The notes beneath the pieces are model-generated. The model had not been told where the DNA came from, ran no database searches, and saw nothing but the letters and a program-made list of their open reading frames with translations. A stretch of 62,894 nt of DNA, counting the filler, from Folioceros fuciformis (lineage: Eukaryota), in NCBI GenBank assembly GCA_049999805.1. It is 6 parts of 6 records of this genome, joined end to end, with 100 filler letters (N's around TTAATTAATTAA, not from the genome) between each part and the next. Parts side by side here need not be neighbours in the genome. Positions count along the whole stretch, not along the records: positions 16,265 to 25,506 come from JBNGIO010001142.1; positions 25,607 to 33,403 come from JBNGIO010001143.1; 4 more parts are not named here. One strand, 5' to 3'. Shown one piece after another: positions 16,165 through 29,098 of this stretch (position 1 is the first letter of the stretch; each line of letters opens with the position of its first letter). The position numbers and the translations under genes were made by a program.

Positions 16165-16264
16165 NNNNNNNNNNNNNNNNNNNNNNNNNNNNNNNNNNNN
16201 NNNNNNNNTTAATTAATTAANNNNNNNNNNNNNNNNNNNNNNNNNNNNNNNNNNNNNNNNNNNN
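16165..16264. other. Artificial contig spacer
   Basis: 44 N + TTAATTAATTAA (stops in all frames) + 44 N. Confidence 0.99.
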
Positions 16265-16745
16265 AAGCGTCAGTGCTTGTCTTCCTAGCCTGCCACGCTT
16301 GCCGCGGCGCCATCTCCAGGCCCACTCTCCCGCTCTTGGCTGCCTGCGCCACTTGCGCATTCGCTCCCCCTTGCCTTCCTCCCGCGCGCGCACCCGCACC
16401 CGCGCCCGCGTCGCCTGCGGACGTCAGCTTGTCCTGGACTCGGGCGCATGGTGAAACGTCTTCACGGGGTGACGAGAGTCACAATTGGCACAACAGGAGC
16501 TCATTGGAGGCGGGTTGCGGAGGGAGGACAATTGGCTTCCGCGCGTCGCTAGGCCGTCTCGCTTTTCGTGCCGCATGCACTGCTTGGGGCAGAGCACTTC
16601 AGGTGGAGGATGCCGAACCGGGAAGGGAGGAGTTTGCTTGCAAGACGGGTCGCGCTGCTGCTGCACTTGGACCTGCGTCGCCGCGCTTCACAGGCGGCAC
16701 TGACCGTGTGAAACGGGCTGCGGGAAGACGGAGGGCTCGCCTCGA

Positions 16746-17111
16746 ATGCTTGCCGCTCCCGCAATTGTCTCCTGGCTGTTCGACTTCGGCATCGGCAAGG
16801 AAGCGTCTGCTGCGCAACCGCTCACAGTGAGGCCAATGATGTCCAGCTCTCGTCTTCTGGCCGAACACCACAGAAAGTCCTCGTGTTCGGAGCTCTTTCA
16901 CTGCTCTTTCATGGTTGGATACTACTCGTGTGTGTCGGTTCTGGTGCTCGTCCTCGTCGCGGTACTCCTTCTGGTGCTTCCGGTGGTGCTGCCTCCTCTA
17001 CCGCCTCCGCCTGCGGCTCTCATGCTCTTGCCTTTGATTATCTTCACTCTCCTCATGGCGATAGCGTGCGTGCCTTCCGGAGAGACGGCAATCGTGGTGG
17101 CTTATTTGTAG
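16746..17111 (+). CDS. ARGOS: ARGOS/ARL/OSR-family small two-TM protein
   Basis: Hallmark TM-LPPLPPPP-TM core: VLLLVLPVVLPPLPPPPAALMLLPLIIFTLLMAIACVPS. The true start could be a later ATG. Confidence 0.85.
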   Translation: MLAAPAIVSWLFDFGIGKEASAAQPLTVRPMMSSSRLLAEHHRKSSCSELFHCSFMVGYYSCVSVLVLVLVAVLLLVLPVVLPPLPPPPAALMLLPLIIFTLLMAIACVPSGETAIVVAYL

Positions 17112-19719
17112 TATAAGGTAATTCATTTCCTCCTCAAACCTCATGTCTGTTTTGGCTCATGCACATCGGTTGTCCTCGGAAGATCTGTCTTGTGTGCGAG
17201 TCTTGGAACGGTACGGATTGTATTGTCGTGCCTCCCGCGAGGGTCCCGTGTAGTTGCGAGCGTCAAGTCCACAAACTGTGAGGCTGGCTCGCTTGCTTGT
17301 ACACTCCATGTTTTGAGACGGTTCATTCAACTTTGGGACTTTCCACTGGAACCGAGGAGCATGCTGTCCCCTCGATGCTTATGTTGAAATGGTGTGTCTT
17401 GAAATAGATGGCAAGGCCTATCCAGCACGGCACGTCAGCCACTTCCTCGTTCTTACAAGACAGAAAACTCTCCAGCTGCCAACAGTCTACAGAAACTGGT
17501 ATGTTTCTCCCCTCTCTTCCCTTCTTCACTCTTGTGTTGTTGTGCCTGTAGCGCTTGTGATTGTTTCTGATACTGTGGACGTGACCGAAGTTGGTGAGAG
17601 GAAGATGACCATGATGCTAACTCTAGCTCTCTTGGCACTCTTTCAGGGACAGTGCGGAAAATATTTCCCACCTGTACATGAGAGTTGGACCACGTGGTCT
17701 GACCAAAGTTCCTGCCATCGCGTTTTTGGCAAGAGGCATGCTCCGAGGCTCTGACAGACGGATTACCAGCAGTCTGGGGACACGCCCGTGATCACAAGTT
17801 GCGGCCAAGTTCGTTGGCCACTGGCCGGTAGAGTGGCTGACCTAAAGATTTTGCTGACGCAGGGCTAGGACTGGAGCTAAGCCCTGTAATTCTTTCCGAC
17901 AGTAGCCAATGCTAATTTATGCCTGCCCGTCAGGGCATGGGGAGGTGAGTTTTATTTAGTAAGTTGTGAAAGCAGGTCCGTCCAAAAGCCTGTGAACAAA
18001 CATCCCAACTTACTTACTAAATCTCATGCTCTCTTAAGAGACATGCTTACGCGCCTGTTAATTGCAACAATTAATGTGGTGTTCTCTCCACACGTTGGTC
18101 CCTAGTCCAATGCCCTCTCCGAGTTTGATTCAATGCGCGTGTAAAAACCTAGAGCAAATCTATATCGGCCTGCAGACAAACAGGAAACTATGAGCTTGCC
18201 TTGAGCATCGTCTCTCTCTCTCTCAGAACACTCCTTCTAACTTCCCAGCATATGCCCCGCTCGGTTGCAACATAGAGCTTTGAGCATACTGATGCCGCTA
18301 CAATACCTCGGTAAATGCTTTTTTTTCTCTCGCCTCGCGATGCTGTGAAATCGCAAACTGAACACTGCAGCAGCATTGGCTGCCCAAACTTATTACTCTA
18401 CTAGGTTATCAGTAAAATCCATGATTTTCCGTTTCCACGTACTGTACCTAATAAGCACACCAAGCCTTCAGAGAGAGACGCACGCGGTTGGTGAGAAGGG
18501 CAGGAACCTGTGACAAGAATGTGGTGAGGCATGAATGCGCTGCCCGTGCTGGTAATCAGCTAATGAACCTTAATCCGTGTGCCGTTGGCTTGCCTCGTTT
18601 GTCCCCAGGCTGCCGGAGGACCAGCCATTCGTGCGGCTACGGCCATGGCTGCTGGCAGAAGGAGCCGCTGGGTTTTCGGCGGAGTAGGAGGCTGCAAGCA
18701 AGGCCTCGATAGGCCAGGCGGGCGCTGTGGAACAGTTATGAGAGACCCGTGACTCTGAAGAGGGATGTCATCAGCTTCTTCGTCCTTGTGGCACAGGCCA
18801 GGGCATGCAGTCTGTGAAGCATGTGCTTAAGGATGGACAGTGCACGGAAATGTGTTACCCGAAAGTGCTGGTTAGGCAGCCGGCCGGCTCCAGCAAGCTA
18901 TGTAAACGGCTAAAGTGGATTGATCTCGATGAAACGCGGTACCGCTGCAGATCCTCACTAGGGCCTCAAGGTTGCCGGTATCAGGCACGATGATCTCTCA
19001 TCTCGCAGCGATACGTTGACGGTTGCGGCGGTTGCCAAAGTCGATTGCGGATAACGAAAGTGGATTGTGGCCGTAAGCTCGGGTATCATCTTCGGCTCTA
19101 CCCTCTAGGAGATGTAACTCCCGCAGGAACTATGCATGAACGAGTTCAAAGGTTCCAAGGACACCCGAAGGCTGCAGTCCTTTGACACTTGGAATGGTGA
19201 GCAAGTTTTGGAGCGAGTCGGTGGCAGAGGCACTGCAAGAGGAGGGGGTGGCATCGCTTTGTTGTGGCACGGGCTCAATTACGTGCTCTTGAGAAGAAAC
19301 AGACCCCGATGCCTAAACCTGGAGGTGGAAACTAGAGGACGTTCCAGTCTTGAGAATGAAAGCCAGCGCGTGGTTGAACTCATGGTGTTTTGCAGTCACA
19401 CGATGTCCTGCACCAAAACCTTGGTGGAAGTCACCTTTCAAACAAGTTGCTATAGATGTAGGTGCTGGGAACAAACCATGTTGTGGAACTGGCTAGCAAA
19501 CAGCTGCGTGGCTTCTTGAAGTAGACCTGAAAGTGAATTCACTCTCCAATTTCCTTTCCATCGGGTAAATGCAAAAGCAGAAAAAGCAAACTTGTGGGGC
19601 ATGAACCCTTCCCTGGCATTCCTCCACTGTCTATGAGAGACTGGCCTTTTAAGGACAGTTTTGCAGCTTGCCGATTTTAGTCTGTGATCGGTTCAGTGTT
19701 TAGAGACAGTGAAAACGGA

Positions 19720-20243
19720 CTAATACAAGACGTCTTCCTCGGCATTTGCAGCCGCAGCTGGGAATGCTCCAGAGGTTGATCGATGGGAAAAGCGAAACTC
19801 TGAGCCAAACCCTCTGGATTGTTGCAGCGTCTGTGCAAAGGCTTGGTACTTGTGGATGTCTGCATCACTAACGCTCCTGTGAGCACACTTCATGGCTTCC
19901 TCAAAGTGCTCAGCCCTGATCTCCGCCACCTCCGCAATTTCATCCACGTCCACAGCCACGGAATCCATATTCTGGTTCTTCATCTTCTCCGATTCAATAT
20001 CCTGAAGTCGACACAAGACACGAGATTGTGTCAGTCTTGGCACCCATCGCCATTCCAACCCCAATCAAGCACGCAAAGCCTGATGGCTGCAAATACAGGT
20101 ATACATTACACGATATTCACTCAGGGGGAAAAGGAAAGGGATATTGGATACCTTTCCAACGTTCTCACGAATGGCATACGTGCAGGCCCTCTGACAGACC
20201 TCTGTGATGTCGGCCCCGCTGCATCCTTGCGTGTATCGACTGA
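19720..20243 (-). pseudogene. CDC48: Duplicated 3' fragment of CDC48 (last intron retained)
   Basis: SRYTQGCSGADITEVCQRACTYAIREN / ...HFEEAMK...[29 protein letters not shown]. Paralogous to 23683-24175, with no upstream CDC48 sequence. Confidence 0.88.
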
Positions 20244-20300
20244 GTGCTGCACTTTTTCTCCCTTCTTTGCTGAGCAAAGAAGGGAGAAAAAGTGCAGCAC
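20244..20300. repeat. Perfect 57-bp palindrome (28-bp arms, 1-nt loop)
   Basis: GTGCTGCACTTTTTCTCCCTTCTTTGCT-G-AGCAAAGAAGGGAGAAAAAGTGCAGCAC. Confidence 0.97.
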
Positions 20301-21115
20301 GCAACTGACAGGCCGGTTGAGGAGCTATATGCTTCTACATGTGGGAACAGAACGACACTCTTGCCCTTCAAAGAATTGAGGCTCAGGAGTTCTGGTTGCT
20401 GGATGGAGAGGGAGACGATTTTGAGGACCCGGAGGACCCTTTGGATGCAGATGTCGTGGCCAATTCCAAAGCTACCAATTCCGGATATTGGTCAAAGAGT
20501 TTGCTGCCAGTCAAGTTATGTGTCACATAGACGTATAGTATATGAAGTTCTTTTTTCAGTTCCAAGCGTTGAAATAAACCCTCTGTTTTGTCTTTGGGTA
20601 CTATCCTAGTGTTTGAGAAGTGTAACAAGGATGACTTTTGGTCTCTTAGTAAATGATAGAAATAACTTACAAAGATGATCCTTAAGTGCATCGTTGTTTC
20701 TCGGTGCACTCCTCATAATGTGAATGGCGGAGACATGTTTCATACCTACCTGCCAGCATCAATTGGCAAAGAGCGGAGACATGTTTCATACCTACCTACC
20801 TGTCAGCATCAATTGGCAAAGACTTTAAAGTTTGTCGAATCGATCTCTTTCAAATGTAACAAAGTATGAATACGTGATTACAATAAAATTTTTGCATTGT
20901 GATTTCTGGCGGTATTATATTTGATCGAGATTGTGATGATCATGTTATCGAAGATGTTTCTATTTTTTACACTATATATATGTGGCAAGGGTGATCTACT
21001 TGTATGTAACACTTGTACTAGCTTATCCTCCTCTACTAATTAAGATCTCTCTTCAAAGTCCATCTGTCTTCCATTTCTTTGTTAATTTAGAAGATTGTCT
21101 CTCCTAGTTTTGATC

Positions 21116-22657
21116 ATGGCTGTAGGGCATGTAGATGTGGAAACTCATGGGAGACCATATGCTGGGCATTTGACTTGGTTTGTGATGATATCTTGTGTGG
21201 TAGCTGCCAGTGGTGGCTTGATATTTGGATATGATATTGGTATATCTGGTGGAGTTACTGGGATGGATGATTTCCTCACAAAATTCTTTCCTTCAGTTTA
21301 TGCTCGCAAACAACTTGCGCATGAAGATGATTATTGTAAATATGATAATCACATTCTTCAATTTTTCACATCGTCTCTTTATCTTGCTGCTCTTCTAGCA
21401 TCTTTTGTGGCATCTACAATTAGTAGAAAGTATGGAAGGATTTCATCTATTCGCATTGGGGCTCTTAGCTTCTTATGTGGTGCCCTTCTGAATGGATTTG
21501 CCATCAACATAGAGATGTTGATTATCGGAAGAGTTTTATTGGGAGTAGGAGTTGGGTTTGGAAACCAGTCAGTTCCTCTCTATCTTTCAGAAATGGCTCC
21601 TTCTCATCTGCGAGGAGCTTTGAACATGATGTTCCAATTGGCTATCACTATTGGTATCCTCGTTTCCGGGCTTATCAACTATTGGACAACAACAATTCCT
21701 AATGGTTGGAAACTATCACTTGGATTAGCTGGTGTCCCTGCGGCCTTGATGTTAATGGGTAGCTTGTTCCTTCCAGACACACCAAACAGTTTAATTGAAA
21801 GAGGACATTTGATAGCAGGAAAGAGAGTTCTATGTAGAACTAGAGGGGTACAACTTCTTGAAGTTGAGCAAGAGTTTGAGGATATTTTGGTGGCGAGTTT
21901 GGAATCTAAGCTTGTGGAGAAACCATACAAAAGCATACTTGAGAGGAGAAATCGTCCACAGCTTGTGATAACCTTACTTATCCCTCTATTCCAGCAGTTT
22001 ACAGGGATTAATGCGATTATGTTTTATGCCCCTGTGTTGTTTCAGACACTTGGCTTTGGAAGCAGAGCATCTCTTTATTCCTCAGTGATTTCAGGAGGCG
22101 TTAACTTCGTAGCAACTCTTGTTTCTATAGTAACAGTGGACAAGATTGGACGTAGAAAATTGTTCTTACAAGGAGGCATTCAAATGTTTATCTCTCAATT
22201 GGTTATAGGCATCATGCTTGGTTGCTTATTTGGTGGTACAAAAAAATTATCTCATGGTACAGCGACTAGCGTGATTGTTCTTATTTGCATATATGTAGCT
22301 GCTTTTGCTTGGTCATGGGGACCACTTGGGTGGCTCGTTCCTAGTGAGATTTTTCCTATGGAGACTCGCTCAACAGGTCAATCTATCAATGTTGCTACGA
22401 ACATGTTCTTCACATTTATAATCGCCCAAGCATTTTTGAGCATGCTATGCCATCTCGAATATGGCATTTTCTTTTTCTTCGCAGGATGGGTGCTTGTCAT
22501 GACTATCTTCATCTATTTCTTCTTACCAGAAACTAATGGAGTTCATATAGATGACATGAGCCACATTTGGAAAACACATTGGTTTTGGAAGAACATTGTC
22601 CCAAACAAAGAACACAACACGCAAGCTCAAGAAGTTCCCACAATTGTTGCAGTCTAA
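21116..22657 (+). CDS. STP: Sugar transport protein (STP, MFS hexose/H+ symporter), intronless
   Basis: GGLIFGYDIGISGGVT, YLSEMAP..RG, QQFTGINAIMFYAPVLF, WSWGPLGWLVPSEIFP, LPET; uninterrupted ~513-aa ORF. Confidence 0.97.
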   Translation: MAVGHVDVETHGRPYAGHLTWFVMISCVVAASGGLIFGYDIGISGGVTGMDDFLTKFFPSVYARKQLAHEDDYCKYDNHILQFFTSSLYLAALLASFVASTISRKYGRISSIRIGALSFLCGALLNGFAINIEMLIIGRVLLGVGVGFGNQSVPLYLSEMAPSHLRGALNMMFQLAITIGILVSGLINYWTTTIPNGWKLSLGLAGVPAALMLMGSLFLPDTPNSLIERGHLIAGKRVLCRTRGVQLLEVEQEFEDILVASLESKLVEKPYKSILERRNRPQLVITLLIPLFQQFTGINAIMFYAPVLFQTLGFGSRASLYSSVISGGVNFVATLVSIVTVDKIGRRKLFLQGGIQMFISQLVIGIMLGCLFGGTKKLSHGTATSVIVLICIYVAAFAWSWGPLGWLVPSEIFPMETRSTGQSINVATNMFFTFIIAQAFLSMLCHLEYGIFFFFAGWVLVMTIFIYFFLPETNGVHIDDMSHIWKTHWFWKNIVPNKEHNTQAQEVPTIVAV

Positions 22658-23682
22658 TGTTCTAGACTTGTACATATGTTGTTGTATATGTTATAAGATG
22701 TTAGCATGTTAGTGCATTTTCCTCTTCATAGTTCTAGGTTTCTCCATGTGTTGTTGCATCCACTTAGATTGATGTATAGATAGATTGTCAAGAGAAATAG
22801 TATCGTGTACATGATGTAACTTTTATTAGAGTTGAAGCTAGATGTGGATTCTTTGACGCTTTGAAATTTGTAGCATGCAAAATCAATTGATATCCATGAC
22901 TATAGAGCTCTTTTGGTAAACAACTTATCCATGTTCTTTTTCACGATCAATCACAACTTGTGATCCCAAGCTTGTAAGACAAGCCTTAAATGCACATTAC
23001 ACATAAATAAATGGACATGTATGGTTTGTATGATGAATAGGTAAATAAAAAATGTTAGTTCTTGCATTAGAACTTTAGACATACAAAAGAATGATTTTGA
23101 CAAGATTCATTGTTATATTATCAATTTGCATGTCCATGCTATAATTCACTAACAAGTCCTTGGTTGGCACTATAATTTAGTATGTGTCTTTGTAGCACTC
23201 CTAATAATAGTGTTTTGATCTATTTTTTTTCCCATAACTTTAACTTTATATAACATCAGGGTGTGATCCTTTGTCTTAAAGTTAATCTTATTCGGCAAGA
23301 TGTTGGACCCTAAAATGATTAGTACACCACTTGTTTGAAGGTTAGAGCAAACTTCACTAGCTTATTTGAGTTAGTTTGCACAAAAATGGCGAAGTACAGT
23401 ACCTTGATTGGAAGGGACCTTCCAACAAATTATCAAATACTGGCGGCTAAACTGAATTGTGGACCTCCTGAACACTTTGTGGGTTCAAGAAAGTCCACCT
23501 GAACAGAAACTCGTTGTCCTACGTATTTTTGGCCATGGGGCAGATGTAGCAGCTGAGCAAGGCAATTAGTGGGGCCTTGTGCAGACCCTCAGGCCGCAGG
23601 GGGCGACAGAAGGAAGGAAGGGTGGTGAATTTCCGCCCACCAGGCACTGCCATTGCTCACACAATCATTATGATGGACTTGT

Positions 23683-25506
<1,824 letters not shown>

Positions 25507-25606
25507 NNNNNNNNNNNNNNNNNNNNNNNNNNNNNNNNNNNNNNNNNNNNTTAATTAATTAANNNNNNNNNNNNNNNNNNNNNNNNNNNNNNNNNNNNNN
25601 NNNNNN
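25507..25606. other. Artificial contig spacer
   Basis: Same 100-bp N/TTAATTAATTAA/N linker. Confidence 0.99.
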
Positions 25607-25607
25607 T

Positions 25608-28600
25608 GACCCCCTCTGGAAAGACCTTACTAGAAAGGAACAAGAGCTCGAGTCTATGTCAATCAAGCTAAAAGTCGCTGAAAACAAGGTCGCGAACAGC
25701 CTAGAGGCTCAACAACAGCTGCTGGACGCCTACAAGGAACAGCAGCGAATTCTCAGAGAAGAAAATGCAAAGAGGTTGGATGATAAAATGTCCGAAGAAC
25801 TTTCCAATCTCTCGCGTGAACAGAAATTGCAAGAGTTGCAGCAGAAAGTGCAAGACTTGACAGACTTACGAGACAGAAGCTTGGTAGAGTACGATGCCTT
25901 GAAGAGGAATCGAGATACAAGCGAAGCCAAAATTGAGGAACTGTTGGGCGATATGGTCATTCTGAAACAGAAGCTATCAGCAGCAGAGGAAGAAACTGGG
26001 CTGAGCCGCCAAGCACATACCGAGGCGATCCGGGCCTATGAACGGGAACTGACGAGCCAGCGTGATGTGGATGTCGGGCTGTTAAACCAGCTCAGGGACG
26101 AACGGGATGAACATGAGAAAAAGCTGCAGGACCAAGCAGCCGAGATCAAAACTTTGAAAAGCTTGCAAGTTGCTTGCCAACAAAGAGTAGAGGAGCACAG
26201 AGTGTTACGTGAGACAAATGAGAGGAAGATGAGAACTCAAGAGCGCGAGATTGACTTCTTCAAACTGAAAATACAAAGTGCTGAGGAGGACAGTGCCAGG
26301 AGGCTTGAACAGGATCAAAAGGCCATTGCCGCGTACCAGGATGAGCTGTGGAGGGCACGTGAAGCTGAAGAGAGAAGAACCGAGGAGTTCAGACGTGAAC
26401 TTGAGGCCAACCAAAGGGAAATGGAAGAACAAACTTCTCTGTACCAACAGCTGACTCGTTTGCACGATGAAGATCGTCGGAAAATGTTAGAATTGAAGGC
26501 ATTAGCCGATACAAGTGCACAGCGAATTTTAGAGCAGCAGCAAGCGCTGGACTCCTTGACCGAGAAGCTGGTTTTTGCAGAAGCGCAAGGGAGAGAGAGT
26601 CTTGCAGCCCAACAACAAGCTGCTGAGAATTACGCAGAACAGCTGAAGCATAAACTTGCTGAGAACGAAAGAAAGCTGGAAGAATTGAAGAGCGAACGTG
26701 ACGCAAGCGAGAGAAGGCTTCAAATGCAACAAGCGGCACACGAGGAACTGAAGACCACACAGGAGGAAGACAAGAGGAAGCTGGAGGACCTCAAAGGCTT
26801 GCTTGATGCAGATGAAGCGAAGCTGCGAGAGCAGGAGAAACAGATTGAGTCGATGACGGCTGCCCTGATAGCCGCAGACGAGAAAAGCAGCTATTCCTTG
26901 GCAGAGCAGCAGAAAGTTGCGGAATCCCTTTCGGAGGAGCTCAGCGTCTTGAAAGATCGGAGTGCGGCGGATGCAAGACGGTTCGAAGAGCTGGGCAATA
27001 TCCGTGACGCGCATGAACAGAAACTTGAAGAGCAACAGAACGAGCTACAGGCGTTGATGAGCCAGCTAGCAACGACTACTGAAGATCAGCAGAGTGTGGC
27101 GGCAAAACAGAAGGAGCTAGAAACTTACGTAGAGCAGCTGAAAGCACTGTGTCAGGGAGATGAAGTCAAACTGCGAGAGCTCCAGGGCATCCGAGACTCC
27201 CACGAGAAAAAATTGCAAGAACAAGAGGAGCAAGTTGAGATTCTTGGGCTAGAGCGGAGGAGGTTGGAAGAACAGGTGAAAGGTCAAAAAGAGATGTTAG
27301 ACAAGGTGCAAGCAATGAAGAGTGAACATGAGGAGGATCAAAGGAAGTTAGCTGAGCAAAAGAAAATATACGAAGAGGGAGAGGAAAGGCTAAGCACACA
27401 GCAAAGGGATATCGAGGCCTACGAGTCACAGTTGGAAGAGTACAAAGCTACAGTGTTCAAGGACGAAGGTGAGATACAAGCGCTGGAGGAGCATCTGGGT
27501 TACTACGAGGAGCGGGCTCAGGAAACCCTGGCTCGGGAGGAGATGCTAATGGAGAAGGATCGGAAAATAGAGTTGCTGCAGAAGGATTTGGAGCAACAAA
27601 GGGCACTGAGGAAGGCTCTTGAACACCAGCTGCTGACGGAGGTGGACGACTGGAGAAGGGATCAGGAGGAGGTGGGAGGCAGTAACGAGGAGGTTGAGCA
27701 AGTCGACCCTGCTAAGCAGGAGGCGCTGCGAGCTCAGCTCGAAGAGCAGCTGACTAAGGAAATCGACGAGTGGTCCTCTTGGCGTGAGCAAGCAGAGGAT
27801 GATGCAGAGGAGAGACCAGAGAGTGCGGACTTCGTGGAAGTCCCAGGGGAGGGCCCTGAGCAGCTTCTGCTGAGGAGACTCCAGGATGAGGAGGATCGAA
27901 GAATAATGGCAGAGGCCAAGCTTGACCTACTGATCAGACAGGTATATCGCAGATCTTACGCTGCTAGCAATTGCAAATGCGGTCGCACTGGCTCTTGTTG
28001 GCCGGGGCAGAGGCAGGGTCACGGCCGTGAGCGAGACGCTCACGAATCCCCGCACCTGCTCTTGAAACAATGATCTTCACAGGTGATCTACTTGTATGGG
28101 GGCGCAACTGAGCGAGAAAGTATTTTTAAAATGCACGAAGTTCTTGGTGCAAGGGGCGTGACAGACTCGACCTATAGGTACCAGGATCTCCAATCAGGGA
28201 TCGCGGATCTGCATGGAATGGTGAAGCAACAGGACGAGGAGGAGCTAGCCCTGCGCAGCCCCAGGCCATCGCTAGACTCGCCAGGGTACCAGGACCTGCA
28301 GCAAAGGATTTCGGAACTCCAGGACAGGTTGAAGGAGCAAGAGGAGGAGAGGCTGGTTCAGCAAGAAGCGCTAGGGCAGAAGGAACAAGAACTGGCGAAG
28401 CTCCTGAGCCAGCATGTAGCCGAGCAACTGCAGCAGCAGGAGCTGGAGACTCTACTCATCCGCAAAGAAGAGGAAACACAAGAATTACGGGCCAGACATC
28501 ACATGCGCGAGTGGGAGGATGACCGCCGGCCTGCGCGCGTAGCGATCTATTCGGCAGAGAGCGCCAATTCCAACGCGGCAGCAGCCGAAACACAGGATTC

Positions 28601-29098
28601 GCAACAACAACAGCGTCCCTCAGTCCTGCAGGCGGTGGACCAGCAGTGCGAGAAGATCAAGAAACAGCTGGACGAGCACAGAGCAGCATGGCACCAGATG
28701 CGGGCTCATCTGCTACAGCTGGAATCACGAAAGAGTTCCCACGAGCAAGGCCAGGCCCAGCCCCAGCCGCAAGCGCAGGCGCGTCGAGCGGAACGCGCTA
28801 CAAGGCTTCAGTTTCTTGCAAATCAGGTGAGCCACTCCGGCATGCTCAGCGCGTCCAGCCTGCCACTGCTGGCCAACATCTAACGTCACAGAAATCTGCA
28901 TGTGGCATTGCCATCCGCTGCCAGGTGAAGGCCCTGTCCCAGCGTGATCACACTCTTGTAGGCCTGGCCAAGAAAGTAGGAGCCTTGACACTGGCTCAAG
29001 CCATCATGCTCTATTGCTGCCTTGGTGCCCATCTCCCCCTGAACGTTCACCGTCTTTGCAAGCTGCTAACAGCATATATCTTGTGGACGCATGCTTGA
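25608..29098 (+). CDS. Large E/Q/K-rich coiled-coil protein, 5'-truncated, 3 visible exons, hydrophobic C-terminus
   Basis: Open frame from the contig edge; exons ..27941, 28083-28826, 28925-29098 with in-frame GT-AG junctions; heptad-rich; over 1000 aa. Confidence 0.8.

Noticed and set aside
16209..16220. TTAATTAATTAA palindrome recurring five times
   Set aside because: Always centred in identical N runs, so it is an assembly linker. Adjacency across these gaps is not biological.
18480..19520. GC-rich, gene-like stretch with short ORFs
   Set aside because: No recognisable protein motif or consistent exon chain; left unannotated.
20300..20530. Acidic ORF piece possibly from a transposase C-terminus
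   Set aside because: Similarity too weak to call without a search.
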